Counted from the first letter of the stretch, positions 38,754 through 50,130 are shown. The stretch is 64,000 bases of DNA from Neoechinorhynchus agilis (GCA_051530055.1 CM121341.1:13680784-13744783); one strand, 5' to 3'. Numbers and translations: made by a program. Notes: generated from the letters alone by a model not told the origin.

Positions 38754-40837
38754 ATGTGTGATCCAGAACAGCATATTAAACGCCTCATAGAAGAGCACGG
38801 CTTCGAAATAGATGATCCACGTGTGGCTGAGGTACTAGACGATCAAAACAAGGACGTTAATGAATTCAGAAAACGATTCCTCGTTCCTCATGTCCGTGAC
38901 CTTCCAGGTGATCGTTCTAGAAAAGCGTTTTCCCTATAACTCAGATCTGATTTTTATTTAGTCGAGATTGAATTACCGCCGGAACAAGAAATCGTGTACT
39001 TTTCGGGACAATCACTGGGTCTTCAACCGCGAGAAGTGATGGAAAATATCAGAGATGAATTAAATAAATGGGCAACGATGTAAGTGATTGAATATACAAA
39101 ATTTACTCGACAAAAAAACATCGGCACATGTGGGTCGGTGATTTGAAACTAAGGGCTGAATTAGTTTTAGAACTTGAGTATGTTAAAATGCAAAATGTAC
39201 TAGAGTTGCAACTGTAGGGTGAAATTAGTCAAAATTTAAAATGAAAGCTTTGAATAAAAAATTGTATCTAATAATATAGGGGAGCATTAGCTCATTCGGT
39301 TCCAAGCGAGCCGTTTAACGCCTGCGACAAAGTACCAATACCCCTCATGGCTTCGATGGTTGGAGCATTGGAATCTGAAGTTGTTCTTATGAACACCCTA
39401 ACAGCTAATCTTCACATAATGCTGGTTGGTCTTCTACTCATTTTCGATTTTGGACAGTTTCGAAATAGGAATTCTTTTATGAGCCCAAAGAAGAGAAAAA
39501 CAAAATCATTTACGAGGAACACATTTTCCCTTCTGACAAGGTATACTCGCTTTGTTTTATTTTCCGAATTCCAGCCAATCGCCGTACAGTACGCGATTGA
39601 TTCGGTTTGCCGGAACCATGGATTAGATCCAAATAATGTTTGTTTGTGCGTCAACACTTCTCAGGTTGCATCATATATTTTTTGTTTAATCTCATTCAAC
39701 TGAAAACAGCCGCTAAAATCAATTCTCGAATTCATTGACCATCACGGCCATGAAACGGCTTTGATATTGATTGGAAACGTTCAGTTTTATACAGGCGCAA
39801 ATGTCGACATTCGGGAAATAACCGAATGTGGTCATCGACATGATGCGATCGTTGGCTTTGATTTAGCCCATGCTGTACTCACAGCGATTCTTAAGGATTG
39901 CGCTTCTAAAATAGAATCGTTTGTTTCTAGGCAATGTTGCATTGAACTTACACGAAGATGACGTTGATTTTGCGGTTTGGTGTACTTACAAGGTATTGAA
40001 GTTTCTTCAGTCCGTATTTGTATTTCGGTCCTTAGTATTTGTCAGGTGGCCCAAGCAGTGCAGGTGGAATGTTCATCCATGAACGACACTTCAATCGAGA
40101 AGGCAACCGACTGGATGGATGGTGGGGAGCAACGATGAACTCTAGATTTGACACTAAACCTGGTATGAGATTTTGTTGTCTTAAAGAGTGAAAAAACCAA
40201 TTCAGCAATTGAGCGCGAGTACGGAGCTGCTGGTTTCAGAATGAGTCATCCATGCCCTTTCCAGACAAAACCGTTGCATACCTCTTTGAAGGTGAGTTGA
40301 GCCCAAAGGTGTACTTGAACGCTATTGATTTGTAAGTTATTTTCGAATTTTATCCCTTGAGAAATAAAGCAAACGAAGCCTTCATAAACAAAGAGTATCT
40401 TGTGTACTTTAATTATAATTTAGATCTTCGAAGAAGCAGGATTCGAAAAGTTGTACTCCAAAGGCAGGCTGATGTCACAATACCTTCTTATGTTGCTAGA
40501 AAAAAATGTCAAAGGTAAATCGTTCCTAGGAAATTATCTGAAATATTCGGTCATAAAAACAAGGAGTGGAAATCATAACTCCGTTGGACTCAAAGTTGCG
40601 TGGAGCGCAAATTTCGTTTCGTCCACCAGAGCCATTTGGTGTTGCGGAAATCAAATCAGAGTTGTATAGGCGAGCAATTATCGTAAGCATATATTGATAG
40701 ATCTCGAAAATATTACCAAATCAATATAGGTTGATGGTCGTGGAGATGTGGTTCGAGTTGCTCCTGTTCACGTTTATAACACTTTTGAAGAAGTGTTTAG
40801 ATTTGTCAAGGCCCTCAAAGACATAACGAATTGTTAG
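38754..40837 (+). CDS. KYNU: Kynureninase, 12 exons (10 GT-AG introns, 1 non-canonical)
   Basis: YFSGQSLGLQP, MNTLTANLH, FPSDKYAI, FDLAHAVGN, WCTYKYL (PLP lysine), RVAPVHVYNTFEEV. GT-AG introns 38908-38961, 39080-39279, 39425-39468, 39541-39589, 39665-39709, 39993-40035, 40163-40205, 40292-40423, 40515-40563, 40683-40729. Confidence 0.96.
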
Positions 40838-41574
40838 AATTCATGATCCTTAGAGATTCGCTTTGTCAATTGATCAGTTTAAAAATGTTTTTCATGTGGA
40901 ATCAAAGGAAAACAATTACACATAAGACATGAAACCCTTTATTTTTTGTCTCAAGCATTGTGTGGATCATGATTAACACAAAAATCTAAGATTTTTATCG
41001 AAAGGCTGCATTTAAAGGTTCAATCTATCCTAAATATTACCATAGAGTTTTGTGCGCCCGGTAATGGTTAAATTTGAAACGCTTACTTTAAAAAAAGTTC
41101 ATGAATCGAAAGCCCAAAATTGGATAGTGAGCATGAAAGTTATTTCTTAAATGTAATATGCGTCGTGAATTGAAAAATCGAATATTGAATTGCAATCCTT
41201 TAAAAATAGCAAGTGATGAGTCGAAACGGTAGATCGAGAAATGAATCCATTGAAGGATAGGGCCATAATCTATTAAAGATGCTCGAATTAAGATTGTCAC
41301 ACGTTGATTCATCGGTAAAAATCTAATAGAATCATCTAAAAAAGATTGATTTAACATCTAATAACTGAGAAAAATCGAAGTTTGAGTCGAAACATCACTA
41401 GTTTTAATTTTTGCGAACTTTAACACAAAAAACTAAATCTTGAGCTATTATTATGAAAATGGTAAAAAGAAGGCTTCAGTATTTTCTATAGAAACACGAA
41501 AAGTTTTCGGTTTTTTCAGATAAAATCACGTTTAGAACGAATCCTCAAATTTTTCAAATTTAAATAAAAAAATT

Positions 41575-41964
41575 CTATGATAATTTATTAGCTGTATTAT
41601 CGCCGGCAACAAACCAACTGCTATTATCCTTGGGTGCTTCTAGCAATATTCTACTTTCTTTATCTCTTTGCACTTTTTTTAATCGCTCAGTTTCCTCACA
41701 TACCTTTTTATAGCACGTAGGACAAATTCCAACTCGTTCGTGCCAAGTTCCACATTTGAAACAAACAATTAGATCCTTACGCGGCTTGCCATATTGAACG
41801 TACCGCGAGGTCATAAATGTTTCCATTCGGATTCTCAGCCTGTCTCGGATTGATCTACGATGCTTTTGAACAAGTAATATGAATTGAGTGAATATTCGAT
41901 TCAAAGTAGAAGATTGGAGAGCGGTGGTTGTTCTCAGCGATATCGCTTGTCTGACGATGCTCAT
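41575..41964 (-). CDS. MRPL32: Mitochondrial ribosomal protein bL32m
   Basis: Basic presequence-like N-terminus and CFKCGTWHERVGICPTCYKKV zinc motif. Confidence 0.85.
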   Translation of the reverse strand: MSIVRQAISLRTTTALQSSTLNRIFTQFILLVQKHRRSIRDRLRIRMETFMTSRYVQYGKPRKDLIVCFKCGTWHERVGICPTCYKKVCEETERLKKVQRDKESRILLEAPKDNSSWFVAGDNTANKLS

Positions 41965-42144
41965 TGGTTGATTATTTTTTCGTCTAGAGAATAAGCGATC
42001 AATGAGGATGCAGCATTGCCTTTCTGAATCACACGGCTGATAAAAATAGTTGGCTGCACGGGGAATTGTTTATCTAAAAGAATCATGTTTTTAAGTTCAA
42101 TATTAATATAGAATATTTTGCAGAAAGTAAACAAACGCGCGTCG

Positions 42145-42245
42145 TCTGTGCCGGGAGGTGCTGCACCTTCGGCGGCAAAGAAGGTGGCAAAATACGTCGA
42201 ATTGGGATTTGACCACGACTTCGTGCCATTCGGGGTCGTCGAATG
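42145..42245 (+). mobile_element. CRE-like REL endonuclease fragment
   Basis: Translates GGAAPSAAKKVAKYVELGFDHDFVPFGVVE. Confidence 0.75.
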
Positions 42246-42249
42246 AGGG

Positions 42250-42906
42250 AAACGAACGGCGGAGAGCTGGGTCGTGATTGATACTGTGAGTGTAATTAAA
42301 TTTTATTATTAAATAAGACTGAGAATTGCATTCGGGTGGTTAGATATGTATTGTTGTTTAGGTCGCTTGTTGACACCTGAGAAGAGGGATCGCGTTAAAG
42401 ACGAATTTATATATTTCGACCGGTTGAATCGGTCATGTTATCAATATAATTGTTAGTATTTTCCTTAATGATCTCTCTCGGGTATCGACAAGCGACCTAA
42501 ACAATAATATAAAAATAAGATTTACATCACAGAGAATTGCCGTCGGGGTGAATTTGATTCGAGTTTGGCGATGTTTTTCCTCCGGATTGTTGTAAAAGCT
42601 TACGAAATATTTTAAATAAATGATCAATACCAACAACAATCCGGTTGAAAACATCGCCAAACTCGAATAAGATTTACTTTCTTTTTCTTAGTTTTGTCAT
42701 CCAGGGGATTTAAATTCACTGATTTAGATTCGATATTTCGTCAACTTACGAGACAATGACAAACCTTGATGTCGGAATTATCCGACAAGTGAAATATCGG
42801 GGAAATAAATCATCAGTGAATTTAAGTCATCCAAAATAAAAATTTAAAAACATTAATTTCGACATGGGCAAAACTATTCGCCGGAGACTGGCAGTGGAAC
42901 CAATAA
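42250..42906 (+). other. Candidate micro-exon gene containing three long-hairpin introns (5' start not found)
   Basis: GT-AG segments 42286-42317, 42348-42532, 42548-42691 and 42696-42826 leave exons of 30, 15 and 4 nt. These join into ESWVVIDT|TENCIRVVRY|RIAVG|FFIQNKNLKTLISTWAKLFAGDWQWNQ*, with the stop 56 nt from the POLR2K stop. Confidence 0.45.
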
Positions 42907-42961
42907 GAAGCGAACCGGATAGGATTGTATTTTACATTAAAACTCTTTATTCGCTTTCAGA

Positions 42962-43144
42962 CTATCTTCCATCGAATAGGGTTGGCCGTTCTGTCCGTTC
43001 TTTTAGAAGAATTCGGCACCCACAAGCTTTACATATGGTGGAATCCTTTGTTCTAACCAGAAACCTCTTGTTGCAATCATTGCAAATGTAGTAAACATGA
43101 TCCGCTGTTGTCGTCGGCCTTTTTAACGGAGGTCGAACGTTCAT
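42962..43144 (-). CDS. POLR2K: RNA polymerase I/II/III shared subunit RPABC4 (RPB12)
   Basis: YICNDCNKRF...ICKACGCRILLKERT...FDGR zinc ribbon, 60 aa. Confidence 0.95.
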   Translation of the reverse strand: MNVRPPLKRPTTTADHVYYICNDCNKRFLVRTKDSTICKACGCRILLKERTERPTLFDGR

Positions 43145-43989
43145 CTGAAAATTAAGATGAATGCCATATTTCGAATGAACTTTGTAAAGTTAAATCGGTA
43201 TATTGGCGAGTCTTCCAGCATCGTCCCACACGATCTAAATTAAAAAGGAGATTGGATCATTGAAATATTGGAGTCTTTTACAAGCAATTTCGTCATGGTA
43301 TTTTAAAAAAGCGCTGCATTTACGGAAGAAAGAAATTTAAACGACGGTTTAAGTCCGCATTTTGTTTTGGCTTTTTCTGTTTAGTACTTAAGGCGCTGGT
43401 GGAGATTTGTAATTTCTCATTATTAGGAAAGATCATCAGTTCTTTTGGTTTGGTGGACAACAAAATCGGTACAATCAAATATTCGTTTCCGAAAACATTA
43501 GAATGAATTTTTGAATCTATTTTAAAAAACAAGCAATATTTCCAATTCAAAAAAGTTCCGATGGCAACGGATAAACATCTATATCCTCCATTGCCTCCAG
43601 TATGCATTCAGCATCCCTTTTTGAACAGCACAGCTCCTTTGATGCAATTCTGTTTTTCCCTTTTTCGGTACACTTTTCGCCACTTCACCGGCTCCTGAAA
43701 CTTCAAGGGACAAGTTGCCCTTCGTAACTGTATTCGAATAGGTGAAGTCGCAAGGGAACAGCATCATTCCAACGGAAATGTTGATGCCCCGTAAAATCGT
43801 TTCCCGTCATCTCGGCCAAAAACCGAGGTTGCCAGTATTAGAGCATTTGCGATTCTGTGGCGATTGTACCTGGTCATCGTTTTAGGGCTATTGATCCCGT
43901 GGTACAATGTCTTGTCCGTCGCTTGTCATCCTTCGACACTGTTTTGCCCTACCGAATGTCAATATCCTTCTTCACCAATTTTAGCAGCT

Positions 43990-44330
43990 TCTCCGCTACT
44001 TCACTGAGTTGATTTACCGAAGTCTAGGTTCACTATGGCGGAACGACCCTCAAGACCATGTTCGGCAAAAAACGTGACAGCATGAGCAGTTGCCTGGGCT
44101 CCTCCAGGAACACCAACACCGAGTTGAAATGGTAGGAGCATGTCGCCCAGCAAAGGGATGCGATTTTGCAGACAATCTGGCAGCTAATCGGCGGACGATA
44201 CAACCAACTGCAATGAGCCTCGCTAAACGCAATCAATTTCGCAAATGATGGGTATTATCGAAAGCGCAATTTTACCGCTGAGCAACACGCGAATAAGCTA
44301 AGCGGTCCCCGCCTGCACCAAAGACACAAT
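43990..44330 (-). mobile_element. CRE-like reverse transcriptase fragment, frameshifted
   Basis: LIAVGCIVRRLAA and LLPFQLGVGVPGGAQATAHAV...VNLDFGK motifs. Confidence 0.8.
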
Positions 44331-44553
44331 TGGTGGCATAACACTTTTGTTTTTCAAGAGTAAATAAGTATAAAAAAATTCATACTGAGTTTTAGTCGTA
44401 TCGACCAATCAGAGAACAAGAGTTCAATTTGCTCACATTGTGAACAACATAGATATACAGTAATAAAATGCACATAAAATGTAAAAATTGTTTATTCGTC
44501 GAAGTGCTTAAAATAGACAAAATTATCTATAAATATATTTTTGTTTAACAAAA

Positions 44554-45250
44554 ATGACAACTAGTCTCAATTTGACGCCAATTTACCAACTTCATCAAGC
44601 AAATTACTTAATTTCCTTGGTTAAAAATGAGCGCGCAATTTACAAGTTTACTTTTTTTATCCAGGCAGAGAACCACGAGGGTTTCAAAGCTAAAATGAAC
44701 GAATTAACAGCATTAAAGTTTAAAACGGACGAAAATCTGCGAGTAAAAAAACTATTTAAAGACTAACAATCAACAAATTTGTATCCATGACAACCAAAGT
44801 TCGCTTACAAATGCGATCCTTTGGATGAGCGTAAAAATGAAAGACCAGCAAGAAAACAACAAGTCAGTCGTGTTTTCAGGAATAGATTCGGACGTTGACG
44901 TGTCGTTAAGACAGTCCGAATTTAACAAAAGCCCAGATATAAACTTGAAACTTGGTGCAATACTGGGAGCCGTTGAGGGCAGAGTTCGGTCGGTTGAAAT
45001 TACCATAGCAAGCGACGAGACAAAGGTCAGTATGAAAATGTTTGAAAATGCTTCGACGGAAAGGATTAAAACATTGGAGATCAACGTTGGTCACCTCAGT
45101 CGAGAGATCAGTGATTTGCAAATGGGCGACAGTTGTAGAAGCTATAGTTCCATTTCTCAAGATCGGAATTATTGTTCAAGTTTTAAAAGACCTCTAAGAC
45201 GTACGATGAGTTCATGTGAGCTACACTGTTCATGTGGACAATCTGAGTGA
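44554..45250 (+). pseudogene. Disrupted copy of the unit-A gene
   Basis: Paralogue of 413-877 with TGA/TAA and a 1-nt shift at ~44825-44838. Confidence 0.65.
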
Positions 45251-45960
45251 AGTTAATTAAAAGGGGTATTTTTCGACGATTTCCGTGAGCCCGAGATGAA
45301 TGAGCTAGCCAAAGTAACAAACACTCATCTTAATAGATGATAAAAGCTGCTAAGATCACCGGGAAAATTCGCAAATGTCTCGGGCAAAATAATCAAACTC
45401 GTTCATAAAATAGCTGAACTCGACAATTAAAACGATAATAATAATAATCGATTTTGAGCCTAATTATGGATTTCAGTGTATTTTGCTGGCTTTTACTCGC
45501 CGCAAATAAACTTACAAAAGGAATAGTTACAATCTTCAAACGTACATAGAAATCATATTTGTGTAATTATTTCTCAAAGAAACTATGAAGTACTATTTCT
45601 TAAATGCTGTCTAGTCGTTTCTCAGAAATAGCTAAATTCGAAAATTAGCATTTAGAGGCAAAAGCAGGAGATCAGAGACTTTGGTTTCCAGAATTTAAAA
45701 ATAATTCATCCTTCCAATGTTAAAATCGCGTGAAGACAGTCGCGCGCACCTCAAATATTCATAATGCTAATCTGTAGGATTATGTTCTTCTCTACTGCTG
45801 AAAACACATACATTTAGATCAAAGGCTAATTTTGGCAAATAATATTTAAAACTTCGATTCTCATAATTCTTCGCAGCTTCACTTTTAAAGATAAATGAGT
45901 TTCACTTGCTCCTTCTAGAATGAATAATTCTTTATACTACACAGCAAACTTTGAGTCGCA

Positions 45961-46725
45961 ATGATGGCGCAGACGAAGAGACAGCCGTCGTTTGCGAATT
46001 TCCTATTTGACGAGAGTCAGCGAAGGGCTCGCATTCGCCAACACCTTCTGTCGATCAATATCATTGCTGGGATTATATTCGGTTTAACATGTCTCAGTGC
46101 AGGCGTTATGGAACAACAAGCAGATGTTCGAGCTGGCAATATCAGAAATGTTTATATCCTAGCGAATTTCCTCAGTTCACTGGCATCGATTGCGGTCGGT
46201 CGGCAGTCGAGAGCAAGCAGTCCAGCAATGTCCCTGCTCAGAGATCGTCTTGCTTCCTGCATTCTGGGAATCATCTTTATCAGTTTTTTTGTTTTAACCA
46301 TCAGTCTTAATTTCAGGGAAATGCTGGCAGCAACATAAGTGATCATACCTAACACAATGCTCTTTATACTGCTTCTTCATCTTCCACTTGGAGCTATCGG
46401 TCTTTTTCTCAAAATCACATTGTTCTTCTTCAACACAGCTTCAGTTTCCGATTCATATGTTGCTCAAGTCGTATTTGATTCTACAATCGATTTGATGGCT
46501 CTAGCCGGGGCCATGTCTCGATCACTAAAAGGAATCGCAAAAATCAAAATGACCTTAGTGGATGAGTTCCTTCAGGTTTTGTTGGCTATCGGACTACTTA
46601 TCTACGGTTCTAGATTGGTACGAATCATCCATTGGATAGATCCCGCTTTTTCGATGAACGTACGGAACATATATTGGTGGTATCTTCACTTAATGAGATA
46701 TACGTTCGATATGGGAAGTTTTTGA
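45961..46725 (+). pseudogene. Multi-pass membrane protein, copy 1 (in-frame TAA at 46336-46338)
   Basis: Five to six hydrophobic segments. A 27-nt deletion relative to the 56582 copy creates the stop. Confidence 0.65.
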
Positions 46726-47094
46726 GTGAAAAAAAGATTAGGAGATAATCTTCTTAAAAGTCGACTTACTCCTTTTGATAGTGACGATGAATACGATGGA
46801 GAATTCGAACAAATTTATAGCCGACAAAAGGAAGAAAACATGAAAAAGGCGTGCTATAGACGACGATCTTCTTCGAGTCTGTGATCAAATCATTTTTAGT
46901 TTGTACAGCATCATTAGAAACTATTGATAAAAATAATTCGACTTTCTAGAAAGCGTCAGAAGTTGAATTTTGTTTCGATCTCTCGTAAGGAAGCCTATTG
47001 ATCGCTCGGCAAAGAATAAGATAAAAGTGAATTTCAGTGATAGAATACTCACTTAAAGAACATTCCGTATCTATCTATGTTTGGTCTTTTTAAC

Positions 47095-47194
47095 GGCCGA
47101 TAATTTTTCCCTTGGGCACACAGCTCACCGATCTGGTTCAGGGAAGCGCATAGCAGATCAGTGGGCTGTGTGCCCAAGGGAAAAATTATCAGCC
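47095..47194. repeat. 41-bp-arm inverted repeat with 18-nt loop (MITE-like or structured RNA)
   Basis: GGCCGATAATTTTTCCCTTGGGCACACAGCTCACCGATCTG versus CAGATCAGTGGGCTGTGTGCCCAAGGGAAAAATTATCAGCC; 3 non-Watson-Crick positions. Confidence 0.9.
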
Positions 47195-47377
47195 ATGTAG
47201 CAACACAGAGATACCGAAAAGTTACCGACTAGCAAGGCTTCAAAAATAAAGATCATTAATAAGGATAAATCAAAGCGCCTGAGATGAATAAAAGATCAAG
47301 GATCTGACACATTTAAAACTTACAAACATAATTTGCAAACAATTAATTTACAAGCAAAAACTTACAAGCAATCGGCA

Positions 47378-49590
47378 TGTCAACGATTCCATCGCCGTCC
47401 CCTCGCTCCACTCTAGACTTAATTATCTCACCAAACCACGATTCGCCGCATGTCGCACCGCCCACGCTCGACGCTGCTGACGCAGGCCCCCTCAAAGCGC
47501 AACCTGTTGATCACGCGGATCACGAGAGGACCGACGCTGTGTACTCCACTTGGAGAGTTTTATTAAACAAAAAACAACGTTCGAATAATTAACGACAATT
47601 TAACTGTGCAAACAGGTACTAAACCGATCGACAATGTAATCGACCGTATGCACGCATTTACGATCGATTACGGATGACCACTTTTATCACATTCTGCCCC
47701 ATTTATAATTTCCCCCCAGGTTTTCGTATTCGCGACGATCTCCGAGGTTGTTGATTAGCAGTTGGTGACTCTAGAGATAATTTGTCTGTTCCAGCATGCG
47801 TTTCGTCCTCAGTTTCTTCCTTTTCGTAATCTTGTGGTGCATTGTTGTTAGGTGATAAGTGGGATATCTCTCCGTCTTCCGACTCTTGGTCGTTGTTTGA
47901 ATATGGGGCTAGCTCTGTAGTTGATATAATACTTTTGTGCCCGTCATCGAATTAAATTGTAGAATACCCATGATTGGCGTTTAGAAGATCGACTTTCTCC
48001 ATTCGGTCGTCATACTTGCTATTGCAAAACGGTTTTCTATGCCATACTGGACCTGTTTTTTGAGCCAAGTTGGAAGGAGATTCGTACTTCGTGCCTTTCG
48101 AGGGAAATTGAATAATCGTTCATGAGGAGTGGAGTTCGTAGTAGTACACAGTAACGACCTCATTGCATGAAGCGCCATTGGTAAAACGGTTTCCCATTCT
48201 GTTAGGGGCAGAGATTTTGACGCTAGTAGCATTCTGACGTTTCGCCACAATATTCCGACATATCTCTCACACTGACCGTTACCACGCGAGTTATACGGGC
48301 TGGAATAGCTATTCGCGACTCCTAAGTCCGACAGGAAAGATCTAGTATCTTCGGAGCGAAAAGAGCTTCCATTGTCGCTGTGAATTTATTCCGGAAGTCC
48401 AAATAAAGTAAATACTTGCTGTAGACAAGTTTTAACAGTCCGGCTTGAAGTGTCTTTACATGGGAACGCTAGCGGAAACCGTGAGAACTCATCTACCAAA
48501 AGAAATATAAATCTGTTGTTTGTCGAACTCGGTATCGGTCCCTTGAAGTCAACCACTAAACGCTCAAAAGGTTTGGTAGCTTTTACCACGTGCAGATCTG
48601 GCGGTTTATAAAATCTAGGTTTGAATTCAAAGCAGATCGAGCATTCCTCGCAAGTACGTATCACATTATTTAAGGAATATGGTAGGTTCTTGGTTCTCAC
48701 AAAGTGGGCCAGCCGCTGCACACCTGGATGAACCAATTCATTGCGTATATAACTTAGATCCTTCGTATTGGTGGCACGACAATCTAATCTTGAAAAAGCA
48801 TCTGCACTGACAGTCAATCGAACTGGTCGGTATTTGATCTCAAATTTGTAGCAGGATAGCTCTACACGCCATCTTTCGATTTTGTCGTTCTTAATCTTAT
48901 TTTTGTGATTGATATTGAACATAAAAGATACAGATTGTTGATCAGTAATGATCAAAACGCCCTTCCAGTTAGCCAGTGTCGCCACTTTCGTACACTTTCT
49001 ACAATTGCCTGAGCTTCCTTCTCAGTCGCAGGATGTTTTCTTTCTGTAGGTGAAAGAGTGCGCGAGAAAAAAGCTATAGGTTCCCGTTTTGACTCAGGGT
49101 AGCAGCGATGGCAACGTCCGAAGCATCGGTTTCTAAGACTAATTGTCCAGTCGGATTCAGACAGCTCAGAGCAACATTCCCGATTTCCTGCTTGATAGAT
49201 TCAAAACTTTCTAATGATTCTTGATTCAACTGGAATTCCATGGTGCGAATGATCGGGTTGATTTTGGTTGAAAAGTCAGATATCCAATTGGAATAGTACG
49301 AAAATATTCCCATGCAACGTTTCAAACCAGTCTTATCTGTTGGTGGTTTTAATGCCAAAAGACTCTCCATCCTTTCAGGATTCGGTTTTATACTCCGGTA
49401 AGAAATTAGGTATCCCAGCATTGCTATCTGATTAGTCCTGAAAATGTATTTTTATATTTCAATGTCAAACCAAGATATTCTGCGATTTTTTTAAAATTGT
49501 TTAAATTTGCATCGTGCTCGATATTGTCCAAATATGCATAGGTACCTTTCAGCTTGTTTTTATCAATGATCGACTTCATTATTCTCTGAA
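47378..49590 (-). mobile_element. Gypsy/Ty3 LTR retrotransposon 3' portion (RT-RNaseH-integrase, PPT, probable 3' LTR ~47378-47691)
   Basis: CMGIFSYYSNWI, LVLETDASDVAIAATL, ITDQQS, KPFERLVVDFKGP, LVDEFSRFP. Purine tract GGGGCAGAA precedes TGTGATA on the minus strand. The distal LTR end is uncertain. Confidence 0.9.
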
Positions 49591-49679
49591 AAACCGCTAC
49601 ACCGTTAGTGATACCAAATGGAATCCGAGTCCTCAGATCACTTCATCATATTGGGCGATTTTAACAAACTGCCGATCTC

Positions 49680-50130
49680 CATTTTTTCAATTTCAGCGGT
49701 ATCATTTTCTTTTGCGTCTGGTTCGATTTATTGTTGTCTTCAGTTTGCATTGTTGGTTTTCTCATTTTATCGCCTCCAGTGGGAGCCAATCTTTGTGTGG
49801 AAACCAATTGGCGATGACCATCGGAGAATTCAATCAGTGCATCCTTTTCATTGGTGCTGATCAGTCTCACTTCGTTCACCTGGTCGTCAAATTTCGATTT
49901 GGGTTCGTGTTTCGAAAGTAAGCTTTCTCATCGGACGAGATCCAGCCCGGTATGGGTGAGAATATCTCGCATCGTCGCGGGAAGTCGAACATTCGCTCAT
50001 GAGGGGTCTGACCAGTGTTCGTACAAAGTAGCATGCGTATTTTTGCGAGTGCCTCATGAAGTATATCGGACCATTTGCTTATGGACAGGTTCCTATCATT
50101 TAGTATTAGCTCAATTGTTTTCCAAATAGT
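49680..50130 (-). mobile_element. Second Gypsy-like integrase C-terminal fragment
   Basis: EVRLISTNEKDALIEFSDGHRQLVSTQRLAP parallels the integrase tail at 47900-48000. Confidence 0.65.

Larger units (their letters stand above)
44640..49600 (+). repeat. Segmental duplication, copy 1 (unit A/B, membrane-protein pseudogene, 100-bp hairpin, Gypsy fragment, LINE junction)
   Basis: Colinear, highly similar to ~55295-59410. Confidence 0.95.

Noticed and set aside
33243-39928. A fixed AG...AT/AC consensus (Fritillaria-like) or U12-type AT-AC introns
   Set aside because: Only SMC4 intron 1 fits AG...AT; none has the U12 ATATCC donor; most introns in the window are GT-AG. The taxon is therefore not assigned.
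33241-39930. Assembly indel errors as the general explanation for the odd introns
   Set aside because: This could explain single cases (SMC4 intron 1). However, multi-kb exons in the same genes have no frameshifts, and errors would not produce end-pairing stems at every site. Not formally excluded without reads.
26222-40837. NAPRT and KYNU as an NAD-biosynthesis gene cluster
   Set aside because: They are 11 kb apart on opposite strands with unrelated genes between them; chance is sufficient.
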